Shown: positions 27,536-41,780 of the stretch, piece by piece
How positions within the stretch are numbered: position 1 is the stretch's first letter
How the letters are laid out: each line of letters begins with the position of its first letter
Made by a program: the position numbers and the translations under genes
NCBI GenBank assembly: GCA_951406725.2
Contig: OX597814.1
Span: forward strand, 148,428,001-148,492,000
DNA length: 64,000 bases
Reading direction: 5' to 3'
From: Octopus vulgaris
Lineage: Eukaryota
Notes under the pieces: model-generated
Databases searched by the model: none
Told to the model about the DNA's origin: nothing
Seen by the model: only the letters and a program-made list of their open reading frames with translations

Positions 27536-28493
27536 CAATTTTCAACAGCAAGAAAATTTCTTCATGACATATCACAGTAACTGGCTTGTTCATTAGTTCA
27601 AACGTCCCACAAACATATTTGAAATGGTAATAACATTGCATTTATACATATCACCGCTTAGCTGTCCTTCTTCCTAATATCATATAAGTATTAGCGGAAT
27701 GCAAAGCGCGTTGTCCTTTGTAAAACTAACGTAATGGTGTAAGATCGCGGATGAACTTAGTTTAAATTATCACCTGTATAGTGGTACAATGTGCGTACCT
27801 TGTAGCTTATATCAGATAATGACAAGTATACTAGAGTACGATCAAACACGTTCAAAAGCTAGGAACGCTTTTTACAATTCAACCATTTACATTATCTCTT
27901 CACTCAATATTGAGGCCAAGTGTTATGTTAAAATACGTGATCCATAAACAGGTCGAAGTGAGACGGGGAGAGAGAGAGAGAGGTAAAAACTCGAACAGAA
28001 ATAGTGTCGAGATTTATAGATGGGAAAATTCAGTACATGGGGGGAAAATCTGGAGGCGGGTCTTTCAAAAGCTGTGAATCAAAGTTACTTTGTCATAGGC
28101 GGCAACATTAATGGAAAAACCGTATTTAGTACCATTTATCAATAATTGATCTCATCGACCTACCACTTTCAGAGTAGATATTTAATGAATTACCGAATTT
28201 TGCTGATGATAAAATCTCCCTTATTGCTGTGAAAAATAGGCTAATTGCATTTGCAATTAACTGTCTGTGCAAGAGATGGGTGAATGACCGCTGCTGGTTT
28301 CAGGCGGTCGCATAACTGTATGAACAACAAATGAATTTCAAAGGATTATCGAGAAAGAGTAATTTTGATTTAGTGTAACAAAAGTTAATTGATATTTCAC
28401 AGATAAAGGAATCAGATTGGAGCGAGATTAAATGCCGCCTTGATGACTGAGATGGGTCACATTTCCATTTGTATATTACCACTAAATATGTGT

Positions 28494-28710
28494 GGTGGAG
28501 CATGGCTTGTTGGTTAAAGTGTTCGAATCACGATCGTAAGATTATGGTTTCGATTCCCAGACCGGGCGACTGGTTGTGTTCGTATTTGACGTTGCTCAAG
28601 TCCGCTCAGCGTGCAAAAATATGTAATCCTGCCACAGACACGCGTGTCGTCCTGGTGAAGAATATTTACGCCATGAAACCTGGAAATCGGTATAACTCAA
28701 GAAGATAACT
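28494..28710 (+). mobile_element. tRNA-derived SINE, family C
   Basis: A-box-like TGGCTTGTTGG and B-box-like GGTTTCGATTCC, followed by a SINE-like core (GTTGCTC.AGTCC.CTCAGC). Confidence 0.6.
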
Positions 28711-28828
28711 TTACCAAACATGTAAGTAAACTTTTTCACTCTGATCATTTAGGATTTAAACATTTATTAGTTTTATCATTGTTCGAGACATCTGACAGAG
28801 AATTAAAATATATGCACTCACGTCAATG

Positions 28829-28889
<61 letters not shown>

Positions 28890-28965
28890 TGTGTTTTGTG
28901 TGTGTGTATGTATGTACATATGCATACATACATACACATATATATATATACATACATATATATGT

Positions 28966-29014
<49 letters not shown>

Positions 29015-32000
29015 AAAATTATCTAAAATCCAACCATCATCATATAAAAGAGTCTAATATGACAAATAGCTTTTATGTTAACTGCTTTCACTTATTAGGC
29101 ATCGAAGATGAAGACGTTTATTTCTATGCTGCACTAGATTAGTTTCCACCTGAATATAGACTTCAGTGCAGAAAGTTATAAAACATCGCTGTTTAAGCTT
29201 TATTACAGAAATAAGCATGAATTACGTTATGTTTATTAATCGTACTTAATTTTGATATATTTCTTTTATTTCCACATTCGGACGACCAACTTACATATAA
29301 ATTATATATGTTTTCTTATATATAAATGCAAGTTATTTAATTTTGCTCCCGAGTGACGTTATGGAGTGAGAAGTTGGCTGAAGACATTTTGGGGAAAAAT
29401 TTGCTTGCAGAAGGAAAAGTTTTTCCTTCTTGTTTATTCTTACTGCGTAACAAGTCTCTTGTAATATGAAACACAAGAATTGATGCAAGGTTGTGAGAGT
29501 CGTTAGACATATACTGTCAAACATAGTCTGATGAGTTTTTGCGAAGTGTTAGAGATAGAGATACAGGCTTTTCATGGTTTGGTGGACAGAGATACAAGAC
29601 ATTGCACATAGTTCTGTGTGTATCATTGGTAAAATCGCGAGAGATGTAGAGGGTGTAATGTAGACGAAGCTGTTAATAAGGCATTAATGCATAGTGTATA
29701 AGAGACTTCCATTCGATAATGCCGATTGAATCCTAAAAGACCTCTGACAAAACATTAATATCCCGTGTGCAGTCGCAGTCTTGTACTGTATTGATTTCAG
29801 GTAAGCTCTGCTATGGTTTGAAACAATGTACGCTTGCTGATGAATTGAGAGATTTCTTCAAACAATTATATAAGTGGAGACGAATTGATAATCTTCCTCT
29901 ATTTTATAGGCAGGACATTTAAACAGTATATAATGCGTCAGCAGGCCACTTTCAAAATATTTTTTATTCAATTTCACTGAAGGTTAGCAATGAAAGGGCA
30001 GATGCAACAAATCCACATATTGGAGAAGAATCCGGAACACCTCTCAAAAAATGATAAAAATATTTTAACTACAATTCTTCAGAAAAATTTCAGTCATGTG
30101 TCTTCATGAACCTGTCATCGTCGCTCCCATAAATTACTTTATTCAGGATATTAATGCTAACATCTGTCAATATGTCCATAACAGATGGTTTATATCACTC
30201 AACACCATGGGTAAGTTCCAAGATTTTTTCAAATAACGAACAAACTTTCCCTATGCTCTTCAGCTCATTGGCAACGTACCTTACCAGTTTTGAGAGCCCC
30301 AAATGTCGGAAAAGATAGAAAAACTGTCAAACATCTATCAATATATGATGGAAACTAGCACTTTTATAGTTTCTGATAAAAATAGCTGTCCTTACTCCAT
30401 ATCTGCCTGGTATTATATCAGGTATATTATTATGTTCTTGAGGACAGTCGATTTTATACCGATCAACAAATTAGTTGGACCGCTCGTGAATGTTGTAACA
30501 GTTGAAATCACATGAAAGCGCAAGGTCAACCTCTTGTAGACGGAGGAAGTAGATTGCTTTACGAAGCCTCATAAGATAAATTGTTTTCCCCAGAGCTGTT
30601 ACCCCATAACACGTTTTGGTACGAAAAGATTCTAGTCTATGCGTTGCTTATCGGCATAATATTTAAAGAAATTATATAAAGTAAATCATAGAAATTAATG
30701 GTAATTTACAGCATATCATAGACATGTAGGAATAATTCAAATATCGAAATGCATCTGTACTTCGGGTAAATTATATATACAAATCTAATTCCATTAAAAT
30801 TCGGGGTATAGCAACGTCTAGTTTAACAGAAGAAAAACATCTTTACACAATCACCCACCGTGAAGTGTTGTGTACTTGGAGCAGTGTGTGCGTTCACACA
30901 CACAGGCGCGCGTACACGCACATGCACATTCACTCATATAACAGACGAGAATATATCTCATTGGGAATCACCGTTATAAGACTGCTATATCATAGGATTA
31001 CGACCTGTGAAAAGACTTGTGTCATTATTCTCACGCTTAATTACTTTCACCACGGGTATATTACGGGGAATATTTTGTGGATCCAACACAAGAAGAATGG
31101 GAGAACTAGGCGTATGCTCGTCCAAATATTTGTAGTACTTGCTGAAGGACTTGTGAACAACTCCTTTCATTTTTAGATCCCCCAACAGAAATAATATCAT
31201 AGCATAGATTTGTATATCTTCCCTGTATTAATATTAGTTACCAAAGGATTTCTGATGATAAAACCGCAATATTTATGACAACGCACCAGCAATTAAATGT
31301 GAAAAGTCTATATATATGGTATATTCCGTTTGCAGCAACAGTAATGAATAATGGTATACCGAATAGATATCTCAGATTGTATCTGATAACTTTATGTAGC
31401 TTTATTACTTGATAACTTTGCGCAGCGTTATTGTAATGGCAATTTACATCACGATTTATTCTCGTGATGTTAGAAAAATACAAGACGATATTAAAAACTG
31501 AAATAAAATTTAACATCAGCAACGCTAAGAGACGTCATGCAATAAATAAAATGCATTTATTTTCTTTATTTTTACATATAAATTGAGATATTGCAATATT
31601 TCGTTACCAATCTATATCTTTTTTTAAAATTTTGTTATTCTATTAATATTAAGCACTTGAAGATGTTTTTGCATTTTTGTTCAATAAACCTCCGGAAATA
31701 GTAACAAGAATATAGTTCATGCGCACGCCTTTCTCCTTCTGCGCGTGGGGGGTGCGTGAGTGTATGTCTGTGTGTTTGTATGTGTGCGTATGTGTATGTG
31801 TGTGTATACTTGTGCATTGTGTCTCCATAGGGTTGTAAACGTGGGTATCTTTTATTTTCCCGCAAATTAAGTACAATTATAAGATGACGGGTTGAAATTA
31901 GAAAGAAAATTATACTAAGAAGCAATACAACGAAGATAATGCATGAAATAAGAAGAAATGTACATAAAATACAGGAGCAGTGATAAAACCCAAATTTCGT

Positions 32001-32191
32001 GTAAGGGTTGGTATGTGAGAAACCTTAAAGCGACAGTGAAACAGTGCGTTATACCGGAAAGACATATATGGAGATATTTTAATACTCAACGAAAAATCAA
32101 AAGAGATTCCGTGAATACATAAAAATAGATGCATGCTTTCATATGTGGGTGAGTGTACACATGTATACATAGTTGTATATATGTATGTATG

Positions 32192-32645
32192 CACAGGGTT
32201 TGGACAAAATAATGGAAACACCTTAAAATTTCAAACAAATATATTTTAATATGAAGTAGGACCGCCTTTGGCAGTAATTACAGATTGAATGCTACGAGGT
32301 AAGGACTCGTATAAAGTTTGAATTGTTTCCAAAGGAAATTTTGTCCATTCTTCAGCAAAACAATCTCCAGTTCTTGTAATGATGACGGTGGAGGATATCG
32401 TCTTCTTACTTATTTTTCTAAAATGCACCATAAATGTCCAATAATATTGAGATGTTACGTATGTGTGTCTGTGGGCGGCGTTATTGGTTAAGATGTAGTC
32501 TAATGACAGTGATTCCACCTTTTTCGTCAGCACCGAGCATTCTGATGATTGCTCAGTAGGCCGGAGTTTCGAGTTGGCTCTCAATACTCTACCTGTTGAA
32601 GAATAATAATGATGCACTCAAAAGAAGGTATTGAGTCATCTTTTC
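32192..32645 (-). mobile_element. Deleted Tc1 element (TIR plus transposase C-terminus)
   Basis: End CAGGGTTTGGACAAAATAATGGAAACACC shared with 37059; EEWTKFPLETIQTLYESLPRSIQSVITAKGGPTSY. Confidence 0.85.
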
Positions 32646-32680
32646 TATACTAAATATGTGGGTCTGTTGTGTGCGTGTGG

Positions 32681-32712
<32 letters not shown>

Positions 32713-32744
32713 GTGGGGGTGTGTGCTAATATACGTCTATATAT

Positions 32745-33085
32745 TCCTTTATTTACTTCAGTCATTTGACCGTGGTCATGCCGGAGAACCACCTTTAGTC
32801 GAACACTTTGACCCCAAGACTTATTCTTCGTGAGCTTAGAACAATCTATCGGCCTATTTTGCCGAACTGCTAGCTAATAGGCATCTAAACACACCGATAT
32901 CTGTCATCAGAAGATGGTGCAGTGACTAACACAGACACAAATGCACACACACATACACACACAACACACACACACTCACACACACATATATATATATCTA
33001 TACAAGATGGGCTTCTTTCAGTATCCCCCTACAAATCCACTCACAGGCTGGGAAGCAAGTGTCTTACCACACAGCCACGCCCGCA
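32745..33085 (-). mobile_element. tRNA-derived SINE, family B, internally deleted
   Basis: Reverse complement begins GGTGCGGGCGTGGCTGTGTGGTAAG and shares tail motifs with 33363-33855. Confidence 0.7.
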
Positions 33086-33362
33086 CCTATATATTCATTC
33101 ATATATTTATTCTTTCTTTATTTTATAAAAGAATATAACGTATTTGTGTGTGTGTGTGTGTGCGTGTGTATGTGTGTGTGTGTGTTTGTATATAGTCGAA
33201 TATGCATGCATTTATGTTATCATTAATATCATCCTTATCAATTTTCGATAATCTATGGTGATTGTCGTGACTTGTCACGAAACTAGATGAGAGTGCGATA
33301 CGATTTGTAATAAATACAGACTCTATTTATTGATATGCACAATATATCGACAATATATCGCT

Positions 33363-33522
33363 AGGTGCAGTAGTGGCTACGTTAATTAGCTTGTTTACCA
33401 ACCACATGGTTCCGATTCAGTCCCACTGCGTGGCACCTAGGGCAAGTGTCTTCTACTATAACCTCGGGCCGAACAAAGGCTTGTTAGTGGATTTGGTAGA
33501 CGGAAACTGAAAGAGGCCCATC

Positions 33523-33604
<82 letters not shown>

Positions 33605-33855
33605 ATGTATGTATGTATATGTGTTTGTGTATGTATGTGTGTATGTACATATATACGTTTTTGTGTCTGTGTTTGTCCCACCAACATCACTTCACAAATG
33701 TTGCTGGAATGTTTATGCCCCAGTAACTTAGCGGTTCGGAAAAGAGACCGATATAATAAGTGCCAGGCTTACAAACAATAATTTCTTGCGTCGATTGTTT
33801 CGACTAAAAGCGGTGCTCCAGCATGACCGCAGTCAAATCACTGAAACGAATGAAA
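33363..33855 (+). mobile_element. tRNA-derived SINE, family B, near full length with internal (TA)n(TG)n
   Basis: AACCACATGGTTCC..TTCAGTCCCACTGCGTGGCACC..GGGCAAGTGTCTTCTACTATA..GGTAGACGGAAACTGAAAGA; head also at 46262 and 60502. Confidence 0.85.
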
Positions 33856-34651
33856 AAAGAAAGAAAATATATTTGTTTTTCCTCGATTTCAAAATGTAAA
33901 TTACGTGGAAACAAAATTACAATATTTGAACGGTGCTTCTTTTTAGGCAACGCGATCTCGTCAAAATTTCGCTCCTTCGTAAGTCATAACAAAAGAAACA
34001 AAAAAAAAAAACACTTGGTCAGAAAGTTTTGTGCAATGTCATGTAATTCTTCTGTCATTTTCCTTATTCCTTAAGGGTTTGACCTTAGTAATCCATAAAT
34101 ACATTTATCCACATGTGTGCTGAGGACTGAATGAGGAATGGAGTAAAATATTTTCTCGGAATGTGTAGTTTCGTGTGTTCTTCAAATTTACAAACGTTTG
34201 ATGTAAAATATCCGGCAGGTTACGTCGAACATCTATTATTATGTGTTACATCTTAACTATTCCCACCGCATCTCGTATCAAATAATAATTTAAGAAACCA
34301 TGGTGTGTTTGATGCATTCAGCTGCCTGAAAACAAATGTGAATCCATAAAGGTACTACAACTGTATAAATCATAACGTTTCTGTATAATTTGCCATGGAG
34401 CTGATAGCGGCAAGAGAGTTAAGCCCTGTTCTTTGTGCAACAGCATGAATCAAGTCATCTCTAGCACAAACTATAAAGTTAGGGGGCGTTAACAAACCAA
34501 TATCAGATGCCCAGCGTTACTGGGGTAATATACGCGAGAACAAACACACATGCGCCTACATATGTATTTATTCACATACATATACAGATTCATACATGCA
34601 AATATGCATGAGTATGTGTATGTGTGTGCCTGTGTATATATACATTTATGT

Positions 34652-34735
<84 letters not shown>

Positions 34736-35185
34736 CTGTATTTATGCATACACTCACAAAAGCAAACACACAATCTTCTCTGAAGTGAAAGCAGAGACAT
34801 CGTGTTTTGCGATGTTCTATCATATTGAACTGCTAACGTTAGTTTGAACTGACGATACACCGTAAAGTTCAATGTAATATTATACGACTTTTTAGAAATC
34901 GTACTGGTTCTTTTTTATTTTATTTTATTTTTGTAATATGACAAAAAAAAATGTTCATGTTATTTCATCGTGCGATCAATAAAAACAATCTAACCCTAAA
35001 GATTTACTTCATGTTTCGAAATTATATTATACCAATATTTTGGAATTTGGAATAGGACCATATTCATTTGACATTAAATCAACATAAACAAATTTTCCTG
35101 TCGTTATTAAAGACAATGTATCATGTTTTAAATAGTATAGTTAGACAATTTAGACATGCGTGCGCATGCATTATATATATATGTG

Positions 35186-35239
<54 letters not shown>

Positions 35240-35307
35240 AACACACATATATATATATATACATGCATCTATCTACCTATCTATCTATATACTTAAACAC
35301 GCACACG

Positions 35308-35338
<31 letters not shown>

Positions 35339-35440
35339 TTATCAATATAGGGTGGCCAAAAAAATTTTGTAGAATTCTTTTGCCACCAGCGGCCTAGTAG
35401 GAAAAAATTAAAATAGTCATAGACCATTTTTAAGTTCAAC

Positions 35441-35693
35441 ATCAACAATAAAGGAACGGCCATAATAGGCCATTCACCCACTAGAAATAACAGCCAAAGC
35501 TTCAACCGCAAATAAAAGTTAATTCAGTAAACCAGGAGAAAATTTAAAAATTTAAAAATTTAAAAAAAAATTTACAGGGTAAATGTTTTTAAATTTTCTC
35601 CTGGTTTACTGAATTAACTTTTATTTGCGGTTGAAGCTTTGGCTGTTATTTCTAGTGGGTGAATGGCCTATTATGGCCGTTCCTTTATTGTTG

Positions 35694-35695
<2 letters not shown>
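35441..35695. repeat. Perfect inverted repeat, 110-bp arms, 35-bp spacer
   Basis: 35441-35550 is the reverse complement of 35586-35695; the ORF track shows the same peptide start on both strands (35293..35511 - and 35625..35879 +). Confidence 0.95.
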
Positions 35696-35729
<34 letters not shown>

Positions 35730-36880
35730 ATATTCAGGAGCGATGGACAGCGATGTTTGGCATCGATGTATATAAAGGCATATGCTTCACATCTCAACAT
35801 AATTATGTGTACATTGGAGCCACTGAAAACAAATTCAAAGTCCGTTATCGAAACCACATCTCGTCATTCCGAAAAATAAATAAACGGCACACGACCTCGC
35901 TGGCAGACCTCATGGGGACTGAAAGAATCAAAAATTAAACACCAAATAGAATGGTCAAAAAAAAAAAACGCACATACATGTAATTCAGAATCCAGGAAAT
36001 GTGACCTTTGCCTTGAGGAAGCACTCAGTATTCTACTGAGTAATGAAAATCTAGTGAATAAATACGATGAGAAAATTCCAAGATGTAAACATCGTGCCAA
36101 ATCTGCATTTTCCAGATTTAACAGTGTATAAATTTAATTATTACTATTATTCTAACTCACTAAACCAATTTTTTTACCGCCTCCACGTATGTATAGGAGT
36201 GTGAATTTATGATGGAACGTTCAGCGATATAACTATGTAGATATAACTATCTACATGGAAATGAGTAGATAACAGTATATGAGTCTATGTATAGATGTGA
36301 ATGTGTTTATTGATATGTAGGTGAGTATATGTATTCGTGTGTGCATTTGAATATATATACATATATTTTTAATTTATGCATGTATATAAGCATGTATATG
36401 CGTGTCTGCATGTGAGTGTATGTGTGTATGTATGGAAACGCTCAGTGTTGTACAGTATATCGGAGTGTAAGTGATTGTATAAATATGGGTTAATGGATCA
36501 ATGTAGTTTGCGTAATGGTATAGTTTGGCATGTGCAGAATAACCTGTTGAAACTTAATAAATAAACAGACAACGTACACATTGCAGCTCATGTCGAATGT
36601 GATGACACACTCATACCGAGCGAATTGAAACTGTCAACGTTCGTTAGTTTCAAAGAAGAAGCCATGGATGTCGTAGCATGGAAATCTACATTCGCTTACG
36701 GAGACAGCAACTGAGCATCGCTTGATGAGATATAAATATAGATCTTTTTATACAGGTAAATCGTTAAATAATTTAATTTAAACTTCACTTTAAATCCTGT
36801 AGATACGAGGATCTGTATGCATCGAAGCATTTGTAGCGATTAAAAGCTGCCTTACCGTACTTACTATTCCCGTTAACACT
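35730..36880 (+). mobile_element. Naiad-type Penelope-like element, GIY-YIG region and 3' end
   Basis: YVYIGATENKFKVRYRNHISSFRK..TSLADL, IEWS..RKCDLCLEEALSILL..LVNKYDEKIPRCKH; 3' UTR homologous to 16500-16990. Confidence 0.82.
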
Positions 36881-36896
36881 TTAAAATTTTACTTTT

Positions 36897-37056
<160 letters not shown>

Positions 37057-37058
37057 TG

Positions 37059-38256
37059 CACATGTTGGACAAAATAATGGAAACACCTTAAAATTTCAAA
37101 CAAATATATGTTAATATGGAGTAGGAATGCCTTTGGCAATAATTGCAGATTGAATTCTACGAGGTATGGACTCGTACAAAGTTTCAATCGTTTCCAAAGG
37201 AATTTTGTCCATTCTTCGGCTAAAACGGTCTCCAGTTATTGCAATGATGCTGGTGGAGGATATAGACTCCTACCGTGATTTTCTAAAATGCACCATAAAT
37301 TTTCAATAATATTGAGATCTGGGGACTGTGATGGCCATATAAGATGTTCAACTTCACTAGAACGTCCTCGTGCCCTTTCGTAAGAACTTTCTCCGTGTTA
37401 ATTGGTGCATTATCACCTTGTAGAAATTGCGTTTCCTTCCGGAAACAATTCTGCAACCATAGGATGAATTTGATCAGATAAACCGATTAAATAGACTTGA
37501 CTATTAATTATGCCATGAAGGGAAACTATTGGACCGGCGGATTTCCAAGATGTAGATCCATGCCCACCTCATCATCAGATCTTCCTCTCCATCTTTAACA
37601 GTTGGAAGAATGCTTCGTCTGGCTGTCTCCACACGTATAATCAGGCCGGTGGACGGAAATATGGTAAAGGATGAGTCGTCCAAGAAAATAACATTCTTTT
37701 GAGAGTAGTGGTTTTCTGATTGCAACCTTCCCCTGGAATCCGGCTGTGTGCAGCTCTCGGCGAACAGTTTTTGTGTAAACTGGATTCTTGAGGTAGTCAT
37801 TAAGCTCTGATATAATTTTGGGACCTGTACGTTTGTGATCCTTTCTAACATTTCGCTTAAGAATCCGACGGTCCCTATCTGAAATTTCTGACTTTCTTCC
37901 GGAGTTTTCTTTCAACGAGGAGGTTTTTCCCTCATTCAAAAAGGCTGTCATTACTTTCTAGATAATACTTCTTAATACACCAAACATTTTGGTTGTTTTG
38001 TTACGCTAGAGCCTGCTATACAAGTACCAACAATTTGACGTATTGAAAGTCCGATAGATCTGTCATTTTAAGGAATTTTAATTACTTTTTCCTGATTTGA
38101 AAAAAGAACAGCAATTTTTGCAAAACATATTAAGCAAAACTGATAATAAATAATAATCAAAAAGCGTAAAAATTTACAAGCTTTCGACGGTTTTATAGAT
38201 AGTTCAAACTTACGATAATACGATGCTATATGTTTTCATCATTTTCAAAACCTCTC
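37059..38256 (-). mobile_element. Tc1 element, ~1.2 kb, both TIRs recognisable, frameshifted transposase
   Basis: NSGRKSEISDRDRRILKRNVRKDHKRT..TKTVRRELHTAGFQGKVAIRKPLLS, NVIFLDDSSFT, WPSQSPDLNIIENLW; degenerate right TIR TGTTTTCATCATTTTCAAAACC at 38231. Confidence 0.9.
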
Positions 38257-38467
38257 TATATATATATGGACTGAACTAGTTTCAGCTCATCAGCTATGAC
38301 CATACTGGAGTGCTGCCATTACTGGCATTTGGTGTTGCTACATAATATTTACTTCACTAATTCTTTTTAGAATTTGACATTTGGTGCATGAAGATATTTG
38401 ACGCTGCTGCTCTCATTTGCATTCCTGTATATATATATATATATTAAATATATATATATATATATAA

Positions 38468-38534
<67 letters not shown>

Positions 38535-39274
38535 CGTGTGTGTGTGTGTGTATACACACACACATATATATATGTATGCAGTATGGATATCCGTGTATAT
38601 CATATTTTTCCGTTACAGTTGTTTCAACCGAAGGTACTCAATAGATGATACACGCGTATACCCTTATCCGGTTTCATTATGAATGTAAGCGTCCTTGTGA
38701 TTGTGTGTGTGTGTGCGCGCGCGCGCATAGTGTGTGGGACAATATAATTTCGGGAATCTAATTTTAGATATTGTCTTGTAAGGCCGCCAATCTGTTTGTG
38801 CTTTCATGTGATTTTCCGGAACCTTTATGCAATATGTAGAGTAACAATGTCTTATCGGTCTATTGATACAAAGAGAACTTCAATAAATATTTATAGTAAG
38901 AGATTAACGAAAATAAAATTTTAGATAGGGAAATTAGAAATCGTTTTATTTACTGAGTTGTGAGTATAACCCATTAATGTCAACTATTTATAGTTCGAAC
39001 AGTTAAAATTCTACAGAGCAGAAAGGGAACCACGAAGTTATGTACTCTAATTTGAATATGTAGATGATATTTTGCAGTTGAGATTTTTGTGAATCTGAAA
39101 ATGTTTACTTGTTATGCTATAGTATAGGGTGGATCATCAAATAGTGCTGAAGTCTTCTGGGCGTGATTGTACTGTGCAGAGAGTCTTGCGCGTAATATAC
39201 AGCAGTGGGGTCCAATTAAATCCAAAAAAAATTCGTAAGGGAGATACAATGAAATAAACGATAAGAACGATCGT

Positions 39275-39365
39275 CTCCAGTCCACAACTGGTATGTTACT
39301 TATCGACTCCGCAATGATAAGAGGTGAACATGACCTTAGTGGTATTTTGAATCAGAATGCAAAAC
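39275..39365 (-). mobile_element. SINE family A fragment
   Basis: CAACTGGTATGTTACTTATCGACTCC..TGACCT..TTTGAATCAGAA resembles 9085-9170. Confidence 0.55.
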
Positions 39366-41199
39366 AAGTAATCAATAGGAAGACCTTACGACTGTAAATT
39401 GGACAGATTTGAAATTACTATATAAAACTGTAGACTTTACCTTAGGTTATCCGAGGAAAGTTTATTTTGTTATACTATATTGTGGTTTCTATTTCGTCTA
39501 ATTAAAATCATAACATAATCCATCATAACATAATGCATCGAATAACCAACTTAAATATTTCGGATATAATATATCTTGAAATATTAGGGCATTTACAATG
39601 CAGTTGTAGCACATCGATAATGAATATTCCGTTCTTAGGCATTATATGAAGAGAATACAATTAGAGTGTTTTGAATAGTTTAATAATTAAACCTGAAAAT
39701 AAAACCTGTGTACGTCTCTCGTTATTGTATATAACTACCTTGTATTTATGTTTGATTAGTTCTGAACAGGGCAGCCAGTTATTAGAATACTATTTTACTT
39801 TCAGGCAAAACGTATCTATGGCTATATCAACTATTATGTCGTTCGCTTTCAATACAGTAGGTTTGAGGGAGATTTAGCTGCATTTTGGTGCAGATTGAAC
39901 CTAATGCTTATAGGTTTCTCTATTTGCTCGAACGATTCTGTTAAATACTTATATTGTTGGCACAAATGGCATAATGGAAAGTTTGATATAAAGGAGACAC
40001 CGCATATTTAGTCTAAATGCTTCACGCTGTTTTACTGTTTTCAGTTCAAACCTTCCAGGATCGATATTAGAGTATCTTACAAAAGAAACTAATAGAATTG
40101 GCACAACTCCAATACTTGTGTTGATTCATCCGGATTAATTCCATTCTCTATTAAATTCATCTTCGTATTATTGACCTGATGCAAAGTCTATTTATTTTAA
40201 GGGAAGTAATAGTGGAAGTTGTGACATTCATAGCATTACTAAACTTATTAGCATCATAAGTGAAATAAAATGGCTTCAACTGGAAATCGATGTTTACGTG
40301 TTGTTGTCATCTCAGCTGTGTCTCTTCTTTTCCATTGCTGCACTTAATATATTATTAGCGATGTGACACAAATTTCTTTCCCAGTCATTTATTTCCACAG
40401 AAGATACGTAGTGGTGGATAAGATGTGAGTTCTGGAGGGACAAAAGACATTGCAGTTCCTGGTATTTCTACCATATAAATGACTACTTGACCAAGAACGT
40501 TATGATATCAGGGTCATATTGAAAGCTTAAAGCATGCAAACAATATTATTCGCTATTGATTCCAGCAAAATCTAAACTGGAATATCATTGCTTGTATAGC
40601 TTCAGTTGCAATATTTAAGTTCAATTTGTTTCGTTTTCTTTATTGGCAAAAAATAGGAATCGAATTGATTAAGCACAAATAATTAACATGGATAACAAAA
40701 TTAATTTATTGTAAAGTGTTGGTCTAAATTTTGTCACAAAAGTGTTTCTTTTAAGTAAAATATGATAAATATATTATTGTTGCCAAGGATCTTCTTCAGT
40801 AAAGAACTTTCTTTCCCCATCTCTCCTCCGCTATAACAACGCTATAACAATTATTAATTGATAATACATTTACTTAGTAAAAAAATTCCTGTTACAAGAT
40901 TTCAGCCGAGTTTGGCCGTTTTAATTTTTACAAATTTATCTGCTTTTACGCGACCTTTTTTTAATCACGACTGAACTGATTATGGCAGAAAATAAGAAAA
41001 TATAGTCACGACTGACACTGCCTTTCTTTCAGGCATGCAAGATTTTGATTAAAACGAAACAAAAGCTCAACAATCTAAAGAAGAAGGCGTATAAAAACAA
41101 TTTAACGATACACATAGCGATAAGAGTACATTATTAAAAATAGATTTCACGTGAGATAAATTTCGAAAATAATATCCTACTCGACATTTTTATTTTTAT

Positions 41200-41780
41200 A
41201 AATATTTAAGAGAAAAGGCTGTTATTTACATTTGACGGGTATTTGTCCTAATCTTGTTTGATTGCTAACACAACTTTTCGGCTGATATACCCACCAGCCT
41301 TCATCATGGGGGAATTTGGAACCGGGATTCTGATTCCGAAGGTATTTTTTGGTGTTATAATTATTATCCAAATCACTGCCTGGAATCGAACTCGGAATCT
41401 TGGGGTTAGTAGCCGGCGCTCTTAACCATTATGACATATGCCCGTGGGCAATTATGGAGTGAATTTTAGGGTTATAATACTTTCCTATCCTTTTTTAATA
41501 CCGGTTTCCATATGCTATTCATATCTGTACTTGGTCTGCTTAGAAGGTTGTTGTGTCCTAGCATATGTGCTGCTTCTTTTAGTTTTCGTGTTTTCCCGTG
41601 GTGTTCTGTTTATTATTTTAACTTCACCCCACATTGGCAAGTGGTCTCCATTTCACCATACTTGATCAGCTATACCCGATTTATCAATATCTTCTCGTGT
41701 CACAGATTTGCGATGTTCTTCTGCAGTTATTTTGAGGGAGCGGCATGTTTCGCCTTTGCATAACCTACCAGAGCTCCATA
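41200..41780 (-). mobile_element. Inverted Penelope 3' end/pLTR (EN, tRNA-like head, HHR)
   Basis: Reverse complement of the 42230-42995 segment; same family as 8180-8875. Confidence 0.85.
41267..41312 (-). ncRNA. Degenerate minimal hammerhead ribozyme (Penelope pLTR copy 2)
   Basis: AUGAUGA-A-GGCUG..CAGCC-GAAA-AG-UU-GUGUU; stem II intact, first core base and stem III mutated. Confidence 0.55.

Noticed and set aside
29525-29552. CTGATGA..GAAG motif
   Set aside because: No stems and no GAAA; chance match.
34495-34525. Helitron-like 3' hairpin CCCAGTAACGCTGGG on the minus strand
   Set aside because: The terminal CTRR is not conserved and no 5' end can be identified.
38273-38292. Minus-strand CUGAUGA-GCU-GAAA-CUAG-UU hammerhead-like core
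   Set aside because: No room for stem II and no convincing stem I.
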